Assembly: GCA_963843375.1 (NCBI GenBank) | Contig: CAWJKT010000005.1 | Coordinates: 1 to 26,220 of the forward strand | DNA: 26,220 nt | Direction of reading: 5' to 3' | From: an uncultured Pseudomonadota bacterium | GTDB taxonomy: Bacteria > Oederibacteriota > Muellerivitia > Muellerivitales > Muellerivitaceae | Shown: piece after piece, positions 8,077 to 18,300 of the stretch | How the letters are laid out: every line of letters begins with the position of its first letter | Position numbering within the stretch: the stretch's first letter is position 1 | Translations under genes and position numbers: made by a program | Notes under the pieces: model-generated | Told to the model about the DNA's origin: nothing | Databases searched by the model: none | What the model saw: only the letters and a program-made list of their open reading frames with translations

Positions 8077-10829
8077 CTAAAAGGTGACATCAATTCCACC
8101 GTCATAGGAAGGCCCGTAGTACTCGTTCTGGATCGGGTAATTGGGCGCGGCCTGGTAATAACGAAGGTCCGCGTTGTTGAGGTTGTTCCCGTCGGCATAG
8201 ATCGAGAAGTCCTTGGTGAAGGCATACTGGGCCTTCGCGTCAATCTGGAAATAATCGTCATAATAAACGTTCGGAGAATTATCCTGACTTGGGTCCCCGA
8301 CCACAGTCAGGTTTTTCCCGGTGAAGTTGCCCGCGACATCGACGGTCAGCCCGCTTTTCTTGTAAAAGACGCCGGTTTCCCAGATAAGGTCGGACTGGCT
8401 TGGCAGCTCGGAATAGATCCCGGGCGTGATCTCGCCGCTGGATCCAATAAAGGAAATGGACCCTCGGAACCCCAATCCGCTCAAGAAGCCGGGCAGCATG
8501 GTGTATTGCTGCTGGTACTGGAATTCCGCCCCGTAGATCTGGGAATAAGGAATATTAAAGTAGGAAACGTTGTTGATTTGATTCGCTGCCGTCACCGAGT
8601 TATCCGCCACGGCGTAATTGGTCGCGATATAATTGGCGATATCCTTGAGGAAAAAATCCACGCCCAGGATGGCTCCCTTCTGGGGATACCACTCCCAAGA
8701 GCTATCGATGTTGTTTGAGACCATCGGCTTCAGGTTGGGATTGCCGTAGGTATTATTAACGATCGCATCCCCCGATTGAGCGTCAAGTGCCTGTGGTAAG
8801 CTGAAGGTGGGGATATACTGGTTTTGGGTCGGACGGGCGATGGTCTCCGAATAGTTGATCCGGGTGATGAACGTGGGATTAAACGTATACTTCATTCCCA
8901 GGCTCGGAAGGACATTGGTATAGTCGATGGTTCCGCTCTCGGGGATAGCAGCGTTCAATTCGGTCCCGTAAAAGGCCCGTTGGGGCCATCGGCGTAAGAC
9001 CGCCACCAGTTGTATTGAATGTGCGTGACCTCGATCCGGGCGCCGCCCATGACCTCCATGTGGCCGGATTTGACGGTGTACATGGCGTAACCCGCATAGA
9101 CATCCTCCCAGTTGGTATAGTCGGCCCCCTGGTCACCTACGGGATCGTTTTGGAAATAGGATCCCTCGTATTGGTTCGGGTTGGTGAGGAGGTTCGTTAT
9201 CTGATTGAAGTTTGCGAGCGGCCCCATGTTATAGATATTATCGGGAGGATAGAAACTGGGGGAGTAAAGATTAAAGTCGCTCAGATAAAGAGGGGTTGCG
9301 GTTAGTGATGTTGCAAAACTCATCTGGTTGAAGACGGAGTATTCCCACCGCGAGGCCGCGCCGAATTTGAGGGTGCCCGTATCGTCCCCGCCCAGGTTCA
9401 TATCGGTCTTACCGTCGGCCTTGAGGCCATACTGGTTCACGGTGTAAGTATTGGTGCTGTTACTCGCGCCTCCAGTGATACTTCCGTCTGGTCCATAGGT
9501 ACTCTTGCCATCCAAGACGAATTGACTCGCATTGGTGTCCGTCCCATTCAGGCCGCTAAAGTTGAAGGTGGGCATGTTCCCGTTATTTGCGGTGTTGTTA
9601 TAAGTGAGTGTGCCTGTAACATTTGGATTATCAAATTCATAACCATAGTCATAGGGCACATTCTGGTCGGCATAGGAATAGGTGGCTTTATAATCCAGGA
9701 TGAACCCACCGAGATTGTTGGATCCCCCCACCCCCGTGGCCAAGGTACGGAACTGCGTCAATTCATCCGTCATGTCTTTTTCGACGTCGACCCCGGCTTG
9801 TGTGGCGTTTACGGTTATGGTTCCGTCAGGAGCTACGCTGGCGCCGTTCGCCGCAATGGCGTCAATGGAATGATAAGTCGTGTGCCATACGGGATCGCGG
9901 TACTCGTCATAACCGCTATACATCAAATTAGCGTAAAGCTTGTTGTCCCTGTCCATGGAGAGGTCGATGTTAGCGCCGATTCCGGCCCGTTGACGTTCAT
10001 AGTCGTAATACCGGAATTCGTATTCTTTGTTCGATTCAGGGATTAAAGGACCATTAGCGGGATCGGTATAGGCGTTCTCCAAATCGTCAATCCCGAAATG
10101 ACTATATTGATACCCTCCCGCGACGACGAACCCTAGTTTGGTTGGCCCTCCCAGGTTGTAGGTATCGGCCCAAGTAAAATCGCCCATGGCGCCGGGTTGG
10201 CTGCGTTCCGGGAAATATTCCGCTTCACCTTTCAACTCGAACAATCCTCCGGGATAATCCTGGGCCATTTTAGGGACGAGATTCAATTGGCCGCCGATCC
10301 CTTGAGCGTCCATATTCGGCAAGATCGTCTTGTAGAGTTCCATTTCACCCACCAAGCCCGCCGGGATATCGTCGAGATCCACCGACCTGTTCGCCTCATC
10401 ATAGGAAGGGACGATCGTTTCATTGAAAGTAACGATGTTCAGGTCCGAGTCCGTGCCTCGAATGTCAATATACCGGGGCTCACTGGTGTCATGCTGGGTT
10501 CCGACCCCGGGAAGCTCCTCGGCCGCCTGGGCGATGGTCTTGGCGGGTGTCTGGTTGATCTGGTCCTGGGAAAGGATATTCACCTTGTTGAGGGAATCGT
10601 GCATCTGGTCGAAGGCTGCGGCCTGGTCGATGCCGTGGGCCTTCACCGTGACTTCGGGAAGTTCAGAGACTCCCGTAACCGCCGCCGACAGGGTGTTGCC
10701 TTGGCCCTCCACCGGAGTCGTAGCGGGGGTCGCCGCGGCCTCATCGGCTTTGGCATTGGGCGTGAACATGAAAAAGAGAGAGAACACTAACGGCGTTAAA
10801 AGTCCGAACCGACCCAAATTTAACCGCAT
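8077..10829 (-). pseudogene. TonB-dependent outer-membrane receptor split by a single frameshift near 8955-9006 (real lesion or sequencing error)
   Basis: Upstream ORF has a signal peptide (ATG 10829, AGGAAG RBS) and plug motifs (LPGV...YIDIRG...GGQLNL). Downstream ORF has barrel motifs (GNPNLKP) and a terminal Phe (GGIDVTF). Adding one base, e.g. to the A4 run at 8970-8973, gives a continuous 917-aa protein (...GPNGPFYGTELNAAIP...). Confidence 0.88.
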
Positions 10830-10979
10830 AAGCACTTCCTTTCTCAAACCTGAAAATAAAAAAACGGCGGTAGAATTCAACGTATTGAAATCCGCGGTGT
10901 GCGTTGATGAAACCGGCTTAAGTCGGGAGAGAATTTAGAGGTTCTTAATTCCCCTGACGTTTCGGAAAAATTAAATAAG

Positions 10980-11029
10980 CGTAACGATACGATGACGAAT
11001 TCGTCATCTTCCCGTCATTCCAACGTCAC
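10980..11029. promoter_or_regulatory. OmpR-family operator: CusR-box-like palindrome plus 11-bp-period GTCAY repeats
   Basis: Perfect 18-bp palindrome GATGACGAATTCGTCATC (10991-11008); CGTCAT/CGTCAT/CGTCAC at 11002, 11013 and 11024; in-phase CGTAAC at 10980. Lies between the divergent receptor and regulator genes. Confidence 0.75.
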
Positions 11030-11285
11030 TTCCAACCGATGAAATTTTTTTAAACTTAGGCAGGGAATAATTTAGAGGTAGCGTTTACCCTCATGAGTTT
11101 TACCGACTCATATATTTTCCGAATACTCTCAATTCTTTGTTATTTCCGGGAGGGAGTTTCAGCCCGGAAAGGTTTTAAAGAATCCCCCTCGGGTTAAAAG
11201 TCGCGCCCCTGGCGTTCGAGATATTATTCTTAATTCTTCTTTCGAATGTGCTTGATATTCTGTTCATTTGAAATTACATAGACTC

Positions 11286-11960
11286 ATGAAAATTTTGATC
11301 ATTGAGGACGAGCCAAAAACCATGGCCTATTTGGCCAAAGGGCTTGCCGAGAACGGCTACACGGTCAATGGCGCCGGGAACGGCGAGGAGGGTTTCCACT
11401 TGGCCCGGGTGGGCGCTTGCGACCTGCTCATACTCGACGTCATGCTTCCGGGAAAAGACGGCTGGTCCATACTGGCGGACTTGCGCCAGTCGGGCCATCG
11501 GTTCCCCATTCTTTTCTTGACCGCCCGGGATGCGGTAGAGGACCGGGTGAAGGGACTTGAATCGGGGGCGGACGACTACTTGGTGAAGCCTTTCGCTTTC
11601 ACGGAACTTTTGGCCCGGGTTCGCTCCCTTCTGCGGCGGGGCCAGGCCCGGTCGCCGGAAGCCCTTCGGGTCGCCGATCTGGAAATTGACCCCGTCAGCC
11701 ACAAGACCCTGCGGTCCGGCCGTCGACTCGACCTCACACCCAAGGAATTTTCCCTTCTTCATCTTCTCGCTTCCCGTACAGGCGATGTTTTATCCCGGAC
11801 CCTTCTTGCCGAGCAAGTTTGGGATATGAATTTCGACAGCGACACCAATGTCGTCGATGTCCATGTCCGACGGCTTCGTTCCAAGGTGGATGATCCCTTC
11901 AACAGGAAGTTGATCCATACCGTGAGAGGAGTGGGTTATGTTCTCGAAGACCGCGGATAA
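11286..11960 (+). CDS. Heavy-metal response regulator, CusR/CzcR/CopR type (OmpR family)
   Basis: [26 protein letters not shown], and the subfamily signature [28 protein letters not shown]. Confidence 0.93.
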   Translation: MKILIIEDEPKTMAYLAKGLAENGYTVNGAGNGEEGFHLARVGACDLLILDVMLPGKDGWSILADLRQSGHRFPILFLTARDAVEDRVKGLESGADDYLVKPFAFTELLARVRSLLRRGQARSPEALRVADLEIDPVSHKTLRSGRRLDLTPKEFSLLHLLASRTGDVLSRTLLAEQVWDMNFDSDTNVVDVHVRRLRSKVDDPFNRKLIHTVRGVGYVLEDRG

Positions 11961-13365
11961 AAAGAAGAGCTTGGGGTGGTCCGGCTCCCTGGCGGCCCGC
12001 CTGGCGCTTTGGTTTACTTTTTCCGCTTTCGCACTCATCTTGGCGGCTTCGGCTTTCCTCTATCGCGCCCTTTCCAATGGCCTTGAACACGAGGATGACA
12101 TTCTGCTTTCCCAAAACCTTCAAAGCTTGAGCGCATATATGCATATGAGCCCGAACGACTTGGACGACCTCCAGAAGTTCGTTGGCGAAAAACCCAAGTG
12201 GTACCGGACAGTTTCTTTTTGGACAAGGGTTTTGGACGAGGGCAGGATTTTGACGGAAACCCCCGGAATGTCGCAATCCATTCCCCTGCACCTGGTAACG
12301 GCGGGATCGCCGAACGTCCAGAATTTAACGGTCCGTTCCCCCTTGGAACAGCCTTTTCGGGTCCTATCCACCAAGGCCTTTTGGCCGGGATACATTCACC
12401 CCAATGTCGATGTCCAGATGGCCATGGACATGAGCCCCGATGAAAAAATATTGAAAAGATTCCGGAAAAAGCTCCTGATCACGCTGGGGTTCTCCCTTTT
12501 GGCATGCGCGCTGATGGGCTATTGGATTGCCCAACGGGGAATCCGGCCCGTGAAGAAAATGGCGGGAACGGCCGCCCGAATCGGGTCCAGCACCCTCTAT
12601 GAGCGGCTGGAAAAGTCGGGGCTCCCATCTGAGCTTTCCGACCTTGCCGCGACTTTTAACGATATGCTGGACCGCCTCGAGAATTCTTTCGTTCGTCTTT
12701 CCCGTTTCAGTTCCGATATCGCTCACGAACTCCGGACCCCCCTTCAGAACCTCCAAGGGGAAGCGGAAGTGATTTTAAGCAAGGAGCGGAACCCGGATGA
12801 ATATCGGGAAATCCTGGGTTCCTCCCTGGAAGAGTACCAAAGGCTTTCCACCCTAATTGACCGCCTCCTGTTCCTAGCTAGGGCGGAGAATCCCCAAACC
12901 CAAATCCAGCGGGAGGAATTGGATCTAAAAAAGGAACTCGGCCTTCTGCAGGACTTTTACGGCCTTTCCGCGGGGGAATCGGGCATCGCTTTGCGGGTGG
13001 AGGCTCCGGATGGTTTGCGGGCGGACTTGGACCGCTCCTTGTTTCAACGGGCTGTGGGAAACCTGGTGGAAAACGCCTTGAAACACACTCCTGCCGGCGG
13101 AACGGTCCTTTTAAAAACCTCAGCAGGCAACGGAAATGTCCGGGTGGATGTTACCGACACGGGAAAGGGCATAGCCCCGGACCAGGTTTCAAGGTTGTTT
13201 GATCGCTTTTACCGCGTGGATCCGTCGCGTTCCCCTTCTTCCGGGGGATTTGGATTGGGGCTTTCTATAGTAAAAAGCATCATGGATCTGCATGCCGGGA
13301 CCGTGGAAATCCGCAGCGAATCCACCAAGGGGACCACCGTCACCCTTTTATTTCCGGCTGTTTAA
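11938..13365 (+). CDS. Heavy-metal sensor histidine kinase, CusS/CzcS type
   Basis: Two TM helices, periplasmic domain, HAMP, H-box [14 protein letters not shown] boxes, [12 protein letters not shown]; overlaps the regulator stop. Confidence 0.92.
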   Translation: MFSKTADKKKSLGWSGSLAARLALWFTFSAFALILAASAFLYRALSNGLEHEDDILLSQNLQSLSAYMHMSPNDLDDLQKFVGEKPKWYRTVSFWTRVLDEGRILTETPGMSQSIPLHLVTAGSPNVQNLTVRSPLEQPFRVLSTKAFWPGYIHPNVDVQMAMDMSPDEKILKRFRKKLLITLGFSLLACALMGYWIAQRGIRPVKKMAGTAARIGSSTLYERLEKSGLPSELSDLAATFNDMLDRLENSFVRLSRFSSDIAHELRTPLQNLQGEAEVILSKERNPDEYREILGSSLEEYQRLSTLIDRLLFLARAENPQTQIQREELDLKKELGLLQDFYGLSAGESGIALRVEAPDGLRADLDRSLFQRAVGNLVENALKHTPAGGTVLLKTSAGNGNVRVDVTDTGKGIAPDQVSRLFDRFYRVDPSRSPSSGGFGLGLSIVKSIMDLHAGTVEIRSESTKGTTVTLLFPAV

Positions 13366-13402
13366 CATCTCGAACCTGAAAGATAAAAATGGCGCTTCGG
13401 AT

Positions 13403-13783
13403 TCAGGCCGGGGATCCATCGCCCGGTTCAGGATTCGGCTCGCTTTCTTGAGACTCCAACGTCTTTTCAAATTGGGCACGAAAAGATTCTTGTTTAAAGC
13501 GAATATAGTTGGCGAGCAACTGGGAGAACTTCCGAACATTTTCTTCTCCCCCTTCCCAGATCAGTTCCCCCATTTTCCGGTGGTCCCGTGAAATCTGATC
13601 CATGTATTCATCCGTGTAACCCAATTTCCGTCCGTGTTTTTGAAGAAACTCCTCCTCGGCCTTGAAATTCGGCTTAATTTCGGCCGTCCACATCCGCCAT
13701 AGTTCGACGTCAATGCTTTCCTGTTCGTCGGATTCGCCATTTCCCCGATCACGGGACGCTTTATCCAGGTTATCCGTCATCAT
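13403..13783 (-). CDS. Small protein resembling a degenerate hemerythrin/HHE domain
   Basis: IKPNFKAEEEFL...DHRKM...FSQLLANYIRFKQESF parallels the HFxxEE...EH...LxxHIRFEE pattern. GAGGAG RBS 7 nt before ATG 13783 (track start 13798). Confidence 0.6.
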   Translation of the reverse strand: MMTDNLDKASRDRGNGESDEQESIDVELWRMWTAEIKPNFKAEEEFLQKHGRKLGYTDEYMDQISRDHRKMGELIWEGGEENVRKFSQLLANYIRFKQESFRAQFEKTLESQESEPNPEPGDGSPA

Positions 13784-13841
13784 CGCCTTGCTCCTCATTT
13801 GAATATTCAGCGGATGGTCACGCGCCGCTGATAATCACTAG

Positions 13842-13858
13842 AGCAAAACAAGTGCCAA
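13842..13858 (-). promoter_or_regulatory. Sigma54 (RpoN) -24/-12 promoter
   Basis: Minus strand TTGGCACTTGTTTTGCT matches TGGCAC-N5-TTGCW exactly, about 60 bp upstream of the 13783 start. Confidence 0.88.
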
Positions 13859-13894
13859 GATGTTTTTTTCAAAATTCAGGATAACGAAACGAAT

Positions 13895-13907
13895 AATCAA
13901 GGACTTG
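13895..13907 (+). promoter_or_regulatory. IHF binding site
   Basis: AATCAAGGACTTG matches WATCAA-N4-TTR and lies between the sigma54 promoter and the putative enhancer. Confidence 0.65.
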
Positions 13908-13918
13908 CGAGATAAGAT

Positions 13919-13953
13919 TGCCCAATAATTGAGCAGTGTCCAATTTTTGAAGG
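13919..13953. promoter_or_regulatory. Upstream activator (enhancer) sites for a Fis-HTH sigma54 activator
   Basis: Near-palindrome TGCCCAA-TAA-TTGAGCA (13919-13935) and a weaker copy TGTCCAA-TTT-TTGAAGG (13937-13953), about -88 to -122 from the predicted start site. Confidence 0.6.
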
Positions 13954-14027
13954 GAGGCGCGTTTTGAAAAGAAGAATGCCGATGGAAGAGTTCGGCGATG
14001 TCTATTGGTTGGAATGGGCCCCGTTGA

Positions 14028-15368
14028 TTATTCCAGCTTGTATTTCTTGACCTTGGCGAGGAGGGTGTTCCGGCTGATACCCAACTCCTTGGCCGCCTTC
14101 GACTTGTTGCCCCGGGTGAGTTTCAAGGCTTTTAATATGCTTTGTTTTTCGGATTCCACCATGGAAAGGGTTCCTTCCTCGGTGGCTGAAGAATCGTCAT
14201 GGACAAGGACCTGGGAGGGAAGATCGTCCGCCTGCACGGTTGTGCCTTCAGCGTTTAAAACGATGCGGTGGAGGATGTTTTTAAGCTCCCGGGTGTTCCC
14301 CGGCCAGGAATAAGCCAGGAGAAGGGATCTTATACCGGCGGGAAGCGGCTCCATTTTTTTCTCAAAGTCCTTACAGGCTTCCTCGAAGAAAAAACCGATC
14401 AGGAGTTCGACGTCCTCCAGCCTTTCCCTCAAGGGCGCCAGGGTTATGGGAAAAACGTTCAGCCGGTAGTAAAGGTCGGCGCGGAACCTCCCTTCCTTCA
14501 CATCCTTCTCCAAATCCCGGTTGGTGGCTGAGATGATGCGGACATCCAGCTTGATTTCCTGGGTTCCTCCCAGGCGACGCAGGATCTTTTGCTCCAAAAC
14601 CTTTAATAGCTTGGTCTGGATGGTGAGGGGAAGCTCTCCCACCTCGTCCAGGAAGACCGTGCCCCCCTGGGCGGTCTCGAAAAGTCCTTTCTTCTGTTTT
14701 TTGGCGTCCGTGAAGGCTCCCGCTTCATACCCGAAAAGCTCCGACTCCAAAAGGGTTTCAGGGAAGGCCCCGCAATGGAGCTCCACGAAGGGCTTTGCCG
14801 AACGGGGCGAAAAAAGATGGATAAGCCGGGCCACATGTTCCTTGCCCGTTCCCGTTTCCCCCAGGATGATGACCGTCACGTTTTCCTGTGAAGCCACTTT
14901 TTCCACCTGGCCGTAGACCTTCGCCATGGCGGGGCTCGGGAGGAAGAGGTAGTCCTTGGCGTAGCCTTCCCGCAGGGCGGTTTTGAGATCCGCCACCTCC
15001 TGCCGCAGTATTAGGTTGGCGTTTATTTTCTCCAACACCACCTGTAATTCATCTAGGTTAAGGGGTTTGGTCAGGTAGTCCTCCGCTCCCTTGCGCATCG
15101 CCTCCACGGCGTGCTTCACGGTTCCCGATCCGGTGACCATGATGACCACGGGCGAGGGGTTCTTGTCCTTGACCTGGTCGAGAATGTCCAGACCCAGGAC
15201 ATCCGGAAGGTGAAGATCCAAAAGGACAATATCCGGCTGGAAGGAAACCGCCTTTTCCCGGCCCTCCGCGCCCGTGAAGGCTGTTTCGACCTGGTGGCCT
15301 AAATCTTTGATGAAGGAAGTGAGGGTTTTGGCCAGAGACATTTCGTCGTCGATCACGAGAATTTTCAC
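14028..15368 (-). CDS. Sigma54-dependent response regulator (NtrC/AtoC family; REC-AAA+-HTH)
   Basis: REC domain; Walker A GETGTGKE; ESELFGYEAGAFTDA; Walker B VFLDEVGE; FRADLYYRLNV; WPGNTREL; HTH GNKSKAAKELGISRNTL. Confidence 0.95.
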   Translation of the reverse strand: MKILVIDDEMSLAKTLTSFIKDLGHQVETAFTGAEGREKAVSFQPDIVLLDLHLPDVLGLDILDQVKDKNPSPVVIMVTGSGTVKHAVEAMRKGAEDYLTKPLNLDELQVVLEKINANLILRQEVADLKTALREGYAKDYLFLPSPAMAKVYGQVEKVASQENVTVIILGETGTGKEHVARLIHLFSPRSAKPFVELHCGAFPETLLESELFGYEAGAFTDAKKQKKGLFETAQGGTVFLDEVGELPLTIQTKLLKVLEQKILRRLGGTQEIKLDVRIISATNRDLEKDVKEGRFRADLYYRLNVFPITLAPLRERLEDVELLIGFFFEEACKDFEKKMEPLPAGIRSLLLAYSWPGNTRELKNILHRIVLNAEGTTVQADDLPSQVLVHDDSSATEEGTLSMVESEKQSILKALKLTRGNKSKAAKELGISRNTLLAKVKKYKLE

Positions 15369-18300
15369 GATACGGCTTCCTTTTCCAACGGGAGTTCAAT
15401 GATGAAGGCCGTCCCGTGGGGTTGCACAAGTTCCACGCGGATGCGGCCCTGGTGTTCCTCCACTATTTTTTGGCAGATCGTGAGCCCCAGGCCCGACCCC
15501 ATCTTACGGGAAGTATAAAAGGGTTCAAACAATCTGGCCATTTCCTCCACCGAAACGCCCTTTCCGTCGTCTTCCACCCGAAGAATGGTCGCATTTTCCA
15601 ATTGATCCGCTTTCAAAAGGAGGTTTCCACCCTCCGGCATGGCTTGGAAAGCATTCAAAATCAGGTTCACCAGGACCCGTTCCATGCGGGTAGGGTGGAC
15701 CCGCAGGGGCGGTATGTTCCCCGGCATCTCAATGTCCACATGGGTACGTTTATGATTGGGCCCAAACTGCGTTTGGGCCAGCCAAAGGGCTTTTTGAAAA
15801 AGTTTCTTGGCGGGAATTTCGGTTCTTTCCTCGAATTTCTTTTCAGGGGAATAATCCAGGGTGTCATGGATCAGGGTATCGAGCCGGTCGCACTGTTGGA
15901 GGATGTCCTTTAGTTGCTCGTAGGAAGGGCTTGCTTCCTTGGTCTTCTTCAGGAGGTATTGGGCCTGGGCCGAGATGGCGGCCGTGGGATTACGTATTTC
16001 ATGGGCCATGCCGGCGGCCAGTTCACCCAAGGCAGCCAACCGCTGGTACCGTTGGGCTTTGCGCTCGGCCTCCTTGAGGGCCGTGATGTCCAGGAAGATG
16101 GCTAGGACCACCCGCCGTCCCCGGTCGTAAAAAGGCACGCTGGTCACCAGCACGTCGAGCGGGGTGCCATCCAAGCGCTTGAGTTTCCTTTCGGTGAGTT
16201 CGTTTCGCGTCCCATTTTCTATGGTGGCCCGTATCCGCCGGCGGACATCCTCATGGAACTCGGGAGGAACCACCGTCAGGTAGGGTTTGCCCAACAGATC
16301 CTCCTCATCGCGTGCGCCAAAGATCGTCACGGCCCAAGGGTTGACGTAAAGAATTTTATCCTCGTCGTGCACCATGACCGCGTTTTGCATGGATTCCACT
16401 AGGCTGCGGTAGCGTTCCTGACTTTCCCGCACTGCGGCTTCGGCCTGTTTACGGGCGGTAAGGTCTTCCACCATGGCCAGCTGATAAACAGGTTTTCCGG
16501 AATCATCCCGGACCAAGGCGCCAATCAGGTAGGCCCAAAGGATGCTTCCATCTTTGCGGACATAGCGCTTCTCGATCGCATAATGCGAAATTTCCCCTTC
16601 CGCCAAACGGCTGAGATATTTCACATCCGTTTCAATGTCCGAGGGATAGGTGATCGCATGGCAGGATTGGCCCACAAGTTCCTGGCGGGTATAACCGCTC
16701 ATTTCACAAAACTTGGGATTGGAGAGAACGACGGTGGAATCCAAGGCCACCAGGCCGATGCCCATGGGGCTGTGATCAAAGATACTGTGGAACCTCTCCT
16801 CGCTTTCCCATAGTTTTTTCTCGGCGATTTTCCTCTCACTGATGTCCGAAAACAGAGTCAGGACGGCCTTTTTGCCTTGGTAGTCGAAAGGAATGCTGCT
16901 GCAAAGGATGTCGATGACCTTGCCGTCCGGCCGGAGGATCTTCCGCTCCACGGGCACGGCGGGTTGATTTTTGCCGGCCGTCTTAAGCAGGGTGTCCAAG
17001 GCCCATGTCTTCTCCTCTGCAGGAACGAAATTGAGCAGAGGGCGGCCGACTAGGTCTCCCGCGTTGGATGCCCCAAATATTCCAACACCCGCGGGGTTAA
17101 CATAGAGGATATTCTCGTCATTCACAACCACCCCCTCGGGCGAGGACTCTACCAGAAGGCGGTACCGCTCCTCACTTTCCACCAAGGCTTGTTCGGCCTT
17201 TTCCCGCTCGGTCACATCCCGGTTGGCAACGATCACGCATTCCTGTCCGCCGGACATGAAAGTCTTGCCGATGCTTTCGCAGGCAACCCAATTCCCGTTT
17301 TTATGCCGGAACCGGTACTTCACCCGGTTGACCTTCCCTGGGTTCTCGATCAGTGATTGAAATGTCATCAGGACCGCCGGCAGGTCCTGGGGATGGATGA
17401 AATCCCGGAAAGCCTTGCCCTGCATTTCCTCGGGGGAATAGCCGATCACCTTTTGCTGGGCCGGGCTTGCGAAAAGCTGGTTCCCTTCAAAGTCCAGGAC
17501 GGTGATGACGTCCTGGATATTCTCGATCAGCGCGCGGTAGTACCTTTCGCGGTTTTCGAGTTCGCTCTCAGCTCTTCGCCTCTCGGTGATATCCCGCAGA
17601 ATGACCATGGTGGAAGACCGTTCCTCGAACTGGATGCCCACGCTGGTGCTTTCAACATCCACCAGGGAACCGTCCCGGCGGACCACACGGATTTCAAGGG
17701 AGGGATTTTCGCCGCCCAGAAGTGCGTTCTGGATGCGTTGAGTCACTTTTGGCCGATCGTCCAGATGGACGATTTCGAGGGGATCTTTTTGAGAGAGACT
17801 TTCCCTGTCACCGTACCCCAGCAAATCCAGGCAGCGCTTGTTCACATAGATAATTTTCCTGTCCCGGTTGACCAGGATGGCGTCCGGTGCCCGTTCAATC
17901 AGAGTCCGAAAATTTTCCTCCGACTGCCGCAGGGCTTGTTCGGCTTTTTTGCGCTCAGTCAGGTCCCAGACCCTTATGACGCGCAACTGGCGGCCGTTGA
18001 GCTCGAAGGGCTTGCCGTCGATTTCCACTGGAAAGCGGGTACCATCTTTGCGCTGGGCTATTCCCTCGAAGCGGCTGTCGGGGTAACCTGCCTGCCTGCG
18101 CTTCAAGGCCCGCTGGGCCGATTCCACATCCAGGAAGGCCACGACGTCTTTGCCGATGACCTCCGGGGCACCGTACCCAAGCATGTCCAGTGCGGCCTGG
18201 TTCACGTCCATAATCGTTCCCTTTTCGTGGATCACGATTCCTTCCCGGGAAAGTTCGGAAAAGAGACGAAACCGCTCCTCGCTTTCCTTGAAGGCCTTCT

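Noticed and set aside
10830..11285. Cobalamin or other riboswitch upstream of the TonB-dependent receptor
   Set aside because: No B12-box or other recognisable aptamer core seen; only short hairpins (e.g. ATGAGT/ACTCAT near 11092-11110). An Rfam scan would be needed to exclude it fully.
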